In this document: positions 1-7,246 of the stretch, in pieces
How the letters are laid out: each line of letters opens with the position of its first letter
Numbering within the stretch: position 1 is the stretch's first letter
NCBI GenBank assembly: GCA_016748015.1
Contig: JAAOMT010000504.1
Coordinates: 184,222 to 191,467 of the forward strand
DNA length: 7,246 nt
From: Geosiphon pyriformis uo1
Lineage: Eukaryota > Fungi > Glomeromycota
Direction: 5' to 3'
The notes under the pieces: model-generated
What the model saw: only the letters and a program-made list of their open reading frames with translations
Told to the model about the DNA's origin: nothing
The model's database searches: none
Made by a program: the position numbers and the translations under genes

Positions 1-160
1 TTTTTTGATTATGTTAAAAAATATTACAAATAATATTAGTAATAAAATATTGAAATATAATTATATATTCTTAAAAATATATTATTTATAATTTTATAAA
101 AAGATATAATTATTTATAAAATTAAAAAAAAACTTATTAAATTTATTTTAAAGCTTTTTG

Positions 161-336
161 ATTATAAACTTGTTAATATATTTTTATATATAATTAAATA
201 TAAAATTATAATATAAATAATATTACATATTATAAATAAGTTATTTAATAAAAAAAATAAATTAATTTAACAATTTTTTTAATATATTATTAATTATTAA
301 TATTTTTATTTTAAATATAATTATTTTTTATGAATT
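161..336 (+). repeat. Duplicated segment A, copy 1 (lacks the 559-bp block seen in copy 2)
   Basis: 161-290 matches 1434-1564 with a single 1-nt indel (TTATTTAATA vs TTAATTTAATA). 291-336 matches 2124-2169 exactly. Confidence 0.9.
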
Positions 337-499
337 TTTCAATTCTATTTATATAATATTATTATTATTATTAAAAATAAATTAATTTTTAAATCTTAAT
401 TATTATATATATTTATATACTCTTTTTTAAAAATTAATTTAAAATCTATTTAATATTAACAAAGTTTTTTTAAGACTATTTTTATAATTGTTTAAAGTG

Positions 500-878
500 T
501 TTTTTATATTTAAAAACATAGAATATTTATAATTTTTAGTGTTTTTTTTTTAATTTTAATAATAAAACTATTATTAATTAGTAATAACATAAATAATTTT
601 AATTAAAAATTATTTTTTAAGAGATTTAATTAATAAACAATACAAATAAGTTTTTAATACTTTTTATATATTTAATAATATTTTTTATTTTTTTTGATTA
701 AAAGTTTTTTTGAATATTTATTTAAAATAAAAATAAAAAATAATTAAATATAAATACTAAAATATTTTTAATAAAAAATTAAATTGTTGTTTTTTTTAAA
801 ATTAAAATTATTATATATATATATATATTTGTAGTATTATAAAATTTTTTTTGATATTTCAATATAATATTTATTATT
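500..878 (+). repeat. Duplicated segment B, copy 1 (379 bp)
   Basis: Matches 2190-2568 at offset 1690 with one mismatch (C638 vs T2328). Confidence 0.95.
812..827. repeat. (TA)8 microsatellite
   Basis: Direct reading; also present at 2502-2517 in the duplicate copy. Confidence 0.85.
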
Positions 879-1413
879 ATTATACTATAGTGTATATTAT
901 TATTATAAAATTATACTTATTATTAATATTATATGATAATTATTATCTTTCTAAAATTATTATTTTATAATTTTTTATTAAATTTTTAAATGCTTTAAAA
1001 ATTCTATTAACTGTTTTTAAATAAAATATATTGTTTGTTTTTTTAATAAAACTTTTTAATTAATATATTATTGTTTTATTAAATACTTTAATTAAGTTTT
1101 TTAAGTATAATATTTGTATATTTAAGTTTTTTTTAAGTTAATAATAACAATAATTGATTGAAAATTTTGTTTTCAAGTTTTTAAATATATTTAATATTAA
1201 TTCTATTATATTTACTTCTTTTATTAGTAATGTATTATTTAATATTATTTTTAATTTATTGATAATATTTTTAATAAATTTTTTACTAAATTTAAAAATA
1301 GTAAAATATAATTTTATTTTTGTTTTTTTATTATTTTTAAGCTTTTTATTATTTTTTATATATATATTATTTTAAAACTATTAATTATAATTTCTAAATT
1401 TAAAATTAATTAT

Positions 1414-1433
1414 NNNNNNNNNNNNNNNNNNNN
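1414..1433. other. Assembly gap (20 N)
   Basis: Run of 20 N; sequence after it restarts at the equivalent of position 161. Confidence 1.
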
Positions 1434-2169
1434 ATTATAAACTTGTTAATATATTTTTATATATAATTAAATATAAAATTATAATATAAATAATATTACA
1501 TATTATAAATAAGTTAATTTAATAAAAAAAATAAATTAATTTAACAATTTTTTTAATATATTATAAATTTTTTTATAAATAAAATATTTATAAATATAAA
1601 AATTGCTTGATTATACTTTGCAAAAAATTTTTTTAATTAAAATAAAAATTAAAAACCAAGTTATTTTTTCTTTTGTTTTTCTCTTTATTATTGCTTAAAT
1701 AACCAAAAAAAACCAAAACAGCTAAGAAACAATTTTTTTTATCTTTATTATATCTAATAGTAATTTTTTTAAAGTGCTAAAAATTTTTTTTTGGTATAAT
1801 TTTATTGTTTTAAAGTTTATTTTGGTTTTTTTGATATTTGTTTTAAATAATAATAATAAAAACATATTGTTTATTTTTGATTTAAATTAGTTTTTAATTA
1901 ATACATTAATTTTTATCCAATTTTTATTGATTTTAAAAGCACAACAAAATATGTATTTTTATATGTTTTTATTTGATTTTAAAAATTAAGCTGATTAAAT
2001 AAAAATAAAATTAACCTCTTTTTTTTGTTATTAATATTATTTTTAATAATATTTAAAAAATAATTTTTAATTGATGAAAGTTTTTTGTATAAGTAATATT
2101 ATAAAAGTATTTTTTTAATATATTAATTATTAATATTTTTATTTTAAATATAATTATTTTTTATGAATT
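1434..2169 (+). repeat. Duplicated segment A, copy 2, with an extra 559-bp internal block (1565-2123)
   Basis: Both ends align to 161-290 and 291-336; the middle is absent from copy 1. Confidence 0.9.
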
Positions 2170-2189
2170 NNNNNNNNNNNNNNNNNNNN
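2170..2189. other. Assembly gap (20 N)
   Basis: Run of 20 N; collinear with 337-499 of the first copy. Confidence 1.
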
Positions 2190-2568
2190 TTTTTTATATT
2201 TAAAAACATAGAATATTTATAATTTTTAGTGTTTTTTTTTTAATTTTAATAATAAAACTATTATTAATTAGTAATAACATAAATAATTTTAATTAAAAAT
2301 TATTTTTTAAGAGATTTAATTAATAAATAATACAAATAAGTTTTTAATACTTTTTATATATTTAATAATATTTTTTATTTTTTTTGATTAAAAGTTTTTT
2401 TGAATATTTATTTAAAATAAAAATAAAAAATAATTAAATATAAATACTAAAATATTTTTAATAAAAAATTAAATTGTTGTTTTTTTTAAAATTAAAATTA
2501 TTATATATATATATATATTTGTAGTATTATAAAATTTTTTTTGATATTTCAATATAATATTTATTATT
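2190..2568 (+). repeat. Duplicated segment B, copy 2
   Basis: The whole contig between two gaps matches 500-878 (378/379 identical). Confidence 0.95.
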
Positions 2569-2866
2569 NNNNNNNNNNNNNNNNNNNNNNNNNNNNNNNN
2601 NNNNNNNNNNNNNNNNNNNNNNNNNNNNNNNNNNNNNNNNNNNNNNNNNNNNNNNNNNNNNNNNNNNNNNNNNNNNNNNNNNNNNNNNNNNNNNNNNNNN
2701 NNNNNNNNNNNNNNNNNNNNNNNNNNNNNNNNNNNNNNNNNNNNNNNNNNNNNNNNNNNNNNNNNNNNNNNNNNNNNNNNNNNNNNNNNNNNNNNNNNNN
2801 NNNNNNNNNNNNNNNNNNNNNNNNNNNNNNNNNNNNNNNNNNNNNNNNNNNNNNNNNNNNNNNNNN
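2569..2866. other. Assembly gap (298 N)
   Basis: Run of N. Confidence 1.
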
Positions 2867-3088
2867 AATTATAAATTTGTTTACAAAGTTTAATAGTCTA
2901 ACTATAACTTAGAGTAAATTTTTTTCTTAAATATTTTAATAATTAGTTTTATCTAAAAAATTATTATATATAATATAAGAAATATAAATATTTTTATTAA
3001 GCAAAAAAATATTATTTATTAATATAAAAAAATAAAAAATATTGTTCTTATTGTTATTAAGATTAAATTAAAAGATAAAATACATTTA

Positions 3089-3151
3089 TAAATGACTAAC
3101 AAATTTGAAAATATTTGGGTTTTTACTTTTAATTTGAATTTTAGTCATTTA
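3089..3151. repeat. Inverted repeat, 11-bp perfect arms, 41-bp spacer
   Basis: TAAATGACTAA (3089-3099) is the reverse complement of TTAGTCATTTA (3141-3151). Confidence 0.6.
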
Positions 3152-4322
3152 GATTTTAGTATTATAATTATTATAAACAATATATTAATTAAATATGTAT
3201 ATAAAGTTTCTAAAGTTGTTAATTAATTTTGTTTGTCAAATTATTTTTAAAAAATAAACTTTTTGTTTTAATTTTAAAATTATATACTAATACTGTTTTG
3301 GCAATATATTTAGTTTAAATTAAAAAAATCAACTCTTTAATTATAAAAACTGTAAATAAATTTTTTTATGATCTTAAATAATAATTTTTATGAAAATAAA
3401 TTTTATAAATAAACTAGTTTTAAAAAATATTTTAATCTATAGCAAGTTAATTTTCTAATAAAATGCTTAATTGTTAAAGTTTTAATATAAAAAATTCTAA
3501 ATTATAAAGTATTAAAAGTTGTTAAATACTTTAATACTAATTATTAAATTGTTTCTATTTCTATAAATTTAAGTAATTTATTAAATATATAATTAAACTT
3601 TTTTTGCAAACAAACCAATAAAAATTAAAAATTTAATTTTAAAAATGTTAATAATATTAAATAAAATCAGTTTAAAAATATTAATTATACTAAATAAAAT
3701 TAGTTTAAAAATACTATATTTATTAATATTATAATGTATTTTGAAAAATTTGTTGCTTTTAAAAAATTTATAAATTTAAATATAATTTAAAAAATAATGT
3801 GTTTTTTGTTTAATAAATATTCAAAAAAATAGGTTAATGAGTTTGATAAAATTTTTACAGATAAAGCTTAATAATAAGTTAGTTTTTGTAATAAATTGTT
3901 GAATGTTTTTAAACAGTAATAAAACTTTAAATATTTAAGTTTTGTTAAATTTTGGTATTGGTTTTAATAGTATAAAATTTGTTTTATTTAATATAAAAAT
4001 TTTTATTATGTTTCCAAGTTTACTAAATTATTAAAAACTAAGAAATAAAATAATAGATTTATTATTATTAAATAAATAATAAGTGTTTTGAAATATTTAT
4101 TTTTAATTATTTGATTGTTAATAATAAATTAGTTTTGAATTATAGTAAAGTTAAGTTTATAATTGATATAATTATAAATAATTAAATAAAAAATGATTGA
4201 TATTAAACAATATTCTTAATTTATAAAGTTTTTAGTATTAATTTTTGATTTATATTAATAATAATAATTTTTTTAATGTTATAAATATTGTTGTATATAA
4301 TAAAATATTATATATAATTAAG

Positions 4323-4529
4323 ATTTTGTCTAATAAAAAAGCTATATATTTGGTTAATATTTTTAATAAGTTAAAAAAATATTATAATTATTCTGTTTTA
4401 AACATGTTTTTAAATCTGTTAAATTTTTGTTAAATTTATGCATTTGTTTTTTAATCTTAAAAAAAAGCTTAAGTATTAATAATTTTTATGTTATATTAAT
4501 AAAAAAAAGTTTTGATTAATAAAAATAAA
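4323..4529 (+). repeat. Telomere-adjacent anchor sequence, copy 1 (207 bp)
   Basis: Identical by eye to 5779-5985 (offset 1456); runs into the first hexamer units of the array. Confidence 0.95.
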
Positions 4530-5428
4530 AATAAAAATTAGATTAAAAATAAGGATAAGAATAAAGATAAGGATAAGAATAAAAATAAAAATAAAAATAA
4601 AAATAAAAATAAAAATAAAAATAAAAATAAAAATTAAAATAAAAATAAAAATAAAAATTAGATTAAAAATAAGGATAAGAATAAAGATAAGGATAAGAAT
4701 AAAGATAATAATAGAAATAGAGATAAAAATAAGGATAAAAATAAAAATAAGGATAAAAATAAAAATAAGAAAAAAAATAAATAAGAATAAGAATAGGAAT
4801 AGAGATAGAAATAAGAATAAGAATAAAGAAAGAGATAGAAATAAGAATAGAAATAGTAATAAAAATAAGAATATTGATAATAATAAAAATAAAAATATTA
4901 ATAGTAATAAAAATAAGAATATTGATAGAAATAGAAATAGTAATAAAAATAGGAATTAAGAAAAGAATAGAAATAAGGATAGAAATAGTGATAAAAATAA
5001 AAATATTGATAGTAATAGAGATAAAAATAGAGATAGAAATAAGAATAAAAATAGAAATAAGAGATAAGAATAGAAATATAAATAAGAATAAGAATAAAAA
5101 AAATAGAGATAGAAATAGTAATAGAGATAAGAATAAAGATAGAAATAAGAATAAAAATAGAAATAAGAGATAAGAATATAAATATAAATAAGAATAAAAA
5201 TAAAAAAAATAGAGATAGAAATAGTAATAGAGATAAGAATAAAGATATAAATAAGAATAAAAATAGAAATAGGAATAAAAATAGGGATAGAGATAGGAAT
5301 AGAGATAAGGATAGGGATAGAGATAAGGATGAAGATAAAAATAGATAAGGATAAGGATAAGGATAGAGATAAGGATGAAGATAAAAATAGGGATAGGGAT
5401 AGGGATAAGAATAGGGATAGGGATAGGG
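4519..5428 (+). repeat. Degenerate telomere-like hexamer array 1 (ATA-RRR units)
   Basis: 6-bp periodic units ATAAAA, ATAAGA, ATAAGG, ATAGAA, ATAGAG, ATAGGG with G content rising distally; contiguous with the TTAGGG tract. Confidence 0.9.
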
Positions 5429-5758
5429 TTAGGGATAGGGTTAGGGATAGGGTTAGGGTTAGGGTTAGGGTTAGGGTTAGGGTTAGGGTTAGGGTTAGGG
5501 ATAGGGTTAGGGTTAGGGTTAGGGATAGGGTTAGGGTTAGGGTTAGGGTTAGGGATAGGGTTAGGGTTAGGGTTAGGGTTAGGGTTAGGGTTAGGGTTAG
5601 GGTTAGGGTTAGGGTTAGGGTTAGGGTTAGGGTTAGGGTTAGGGTTAGGGTTAGGGTTAGGGTTAGGGTTAGGGTTAGGGTTAGGGTTAGGGTTAGGGAT
5701 AGGGTTAGGGTTAGGGATAGGGATAGGGTTAGGGTTAGGGATAGGGATAGGGTTAGGG
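5429..5758 (+). repeat. Telomeric repeat tract 1, (TTAGGG)n with interspersed ATAGGG
   Basis: First TTAGGG at 5429; 23 uninterrupted TTAGGG at 5561-5698. TTAGGG is the canonical repeat of most filamentous fungi, vertebrates and many protists. Confidence 0.97.
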
Positions 5759-5778
5759 NNNNNNNNNNNNNNNNNNNN
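5759..5778. other. Assembly gap (20 N)
   Basis: Run of 20 N between telomere tract 1 and a restart of the anchor sequence. Confidence 1.
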
Positions 5779-5985
5779 ATTTTGTCTAATAAAAAAGCTA
5801 TATATTTGGTTAATATTTTTAATAAGTTAAAAAAATATTATAATTATTCTGTTTTAAACATGTTTTTAAATCTGTTAAATTTTTGTTAAATTTATGCATT
5901 TGTTTTTTAATCTTAAAAAAAAGCTTAAGTATTAATAATTTTTATGTTATATTAATAAAAAAAAGTTTTGATTAATAAAAATAAA
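5779..5985 (+). repeat. Telomere-adjacent anchor sequence, copy 2
   Basis: Identical by eye to 4323-4529. Confidence 0.95.
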
Positions 5986-6418
5986 TATAAAAATAAGAAT
6001 AAAAATAAAAATTAAAATAAAAATAAAAATAAAAATAAAAATTAGATTAAAAATAAAAATTAGATTAAAAATAAGGATAAGAATAAAGATAAGGATAAGA
6101 ATAAAGATAATAATAGAAATAGAGATAAAAATAAGGATAAAAATAAAAATAAGAATAAAAATAAAAATAAGAATAAAAATAAATATAGAAATAAAGATAA
6201 AAATAGGAATAAAAATAAGAATAAGAATAGGAATAGAGATAGAAATAAGAATAAGAATAAGAATAAAAAAAGAAATAAAAATAAATATAGAAATGATAAT
6301 AAAAATAAGAATTAAGAAAAGAATAGAAATAATGATAGAAATAGTGATAGAAATAAAAATATTGATAGTAAAAGAGATAAGAATAGAGATATAAATAAGA
6401 ATAAAAATAGAAATAAAA
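5975..6418 (+). repeat. Degenerate telomere-like hexamer array 2
   Basis: Same ATA-RRR units; shares diagnostic blocks with array 1 (e.g. ATTAGATTAAAAATAAGGATAAGAATAAAG and ATTAAGAAAAGAATAGAA) but is shorter. Confidence 0.9.
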
Positions 6419-7012
6419 ATAGGGATAGGGATATTTATAGGGATAGGAATAGGAATAAGAATATTTATAGGGATATTTATAGGGATAGAGATATTTATAG
6501 GGATAGGGATAGAGATAGGGATATTTATAGGGATAGGGATAAGAATAGGGATATTTATAGGAATAGGGATAGGGATAGGTATAGGGATAGGGATAGGGAT
6601 AGGGATAGGGATAGGGATAGGAATATTTATAGGGATATTTATAGGGATAGGGATAGGGATATTTATAGAGATAGGGATAGGGATATTTATAGGGATATTT
6701 ATAGGGATAGGGATAGGGATAGGGTTAGGGATAAGGATAGGGTTAGGGATATTTATAGGGATAGGGATAGAGATAGAGATAGGGATAGGGATAGGAATAT
6801 TTATAGGGATAGGGATAGGGTTAGGGATAGGGTTAGGGTTAGGGTTATGGATAGGGATAGGGATAGGGATAGGGATAGGGTTAGGGTTAGGGTTAGGGAT
6901 AGGGATAGGGATAGGGTTAGGGATAGGGATAGGGATAGGGATAGGGATAGGGATAGGGATAGGGATAGGGATAGGGATAGGGATAGGGATAGGGATAGGG
7001 ATAGGGATAGGG
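6419..7012 (+). repeat. Variant telomeric zone, (ATAGGG)n with ATATTT and sporadic TTAGGG units
   Basis: ATAGGG dominates from 6419; 13 ATATTT units at 6431-6802; first TTAGGG at 6725. Confidence 0.92.
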
Positions 7013-7246
7013 TTAAGGTTAGGGTTAGGGTTAGGGTTAGGGTTAGGGTTAGGGTTAAGGTTAGGGTTAGGGTTAGGGTTAGGGTTAAGGTTAGGGTTAG
7101 GGTTAGGGTTAGGGTTAGGGTTAGGGTTAGGGTTAGGGTTAGGGTTAGGGTTAGGGTTAGGGTTAGGGTTAGGGTTAGGGTTAGGGATAGGGTTAGGGAG
7201 AGGGATAGGGATAGGGATAGGGATAGGGTTAGGGATAGGGATAGGG
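7013..7246 (+). repeat. Telomeric repeat tract 2, (TTAGGG)n, probable chromosome end
   Basis: TTAGGG run with TTAAGG at 7013, 7055 and 7085; 16 pure units at 7091-7186; ATAGGG returns at 7187-7246, where the window ends. Confidence 0.95.

Larger units (their letters stand above)
1..4518. other. Extremely AT-rich subtelomeric region, probable RIP-eroded repeat/transposon relic
   Basis: Hand count over 1-480 gives about 12 G and 15 C (about 6% GC). No CG dinucleotide seen by eye, no credible ORFs, and it lies directly proximal to telomere repeats. The RIP origin is inferred; the ancestral element is not recognisable. Confidence 0.7.

Noticed and set aside
881-894. Near-palindrome TATACTATAGTGTA between (TTA)n runs
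   Set aside because: Only an 8-bp perfect core; expected by chance.
1154-1375. 73-aa ORF rich in F/I/L/N
   Set aside because: Composition is what random AT-rich DNA yields; non-ATG start and no recognisable motif.
1697-1839. Imperfect inverted repeat AAAAAAACCAAAA (1706-1718) / TTTTGGTTTTTTT (1820-1832)
   Set aside because: Mostly homopolymer and not at the boundaries of the 559-bp block, so not supportable as terminal inverted repeats.
2541-2912. 123-aa ORF
   Set aside because: Almost entirely the 298-N gap.
4245-4433. 62-aa ORF overlapping the anchor
   Set aside because: Short, low-complexity I/N/K/Y, non-ATG start; its match to the end of the 5329 ORF only reflects the DNA duplication.
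1-4518. Organellar or endosymbiont origin suggested by extreme AT content
   Set aside because: No rRNA, tRNA or organellar gene remnants recognised, and the region is contiguous with TTAGGG telomeres.
4874-5173. 99-aa IK/IE/RN dipeptide ORF
   Set aside because: Translation of the hexamer array; TTG start.
5329-5889. 186-aa and 151-aa ORFs as genes
   Set aside because: Translations of telomere repeats that cross an assembly gap; not called as CDS and kept only as a speculative finding.
6419-6810. CRISPR-like or repeat-spacer interpretation of the variant array
   Set aside because: No unique spacers or cas genes; units are 6-bp telomere variants in a eukaryotic context.

Overview
A eukaryotic chromosome end, most likely from a filamentous fungus, with no credible protein-coding gene. 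Positions 1-4518 are extremely AT-rich subtelomeric DNA (about 6% GC by hand count over 1-480; I saw no CG dinucleotide), consistent with sequence eroded by RIP-like C-to-T mutation. Two telomeric arrays follow (4519-5758 and 5975-7246), both with the G-rich strand on +, i.e. a right-hand end. Each grades from ATAAAA through partially G-depleted hexamers and ATAGGG to canonical TTAGGG, and each is preceded by the same subtelomeric anchor. Four N gaps and the duplications beside them suggest two related chromosome ends or haplotypes were concatenated by the scaffolder. The main points of interest are the graded decay of telomere repeats whose apparent ancestor is ATAGGG rather than TTAGGG, an in-phase ATATTT variant unit, and ATAGGG units at the distal tips. 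All listed ORFs appear spurious.
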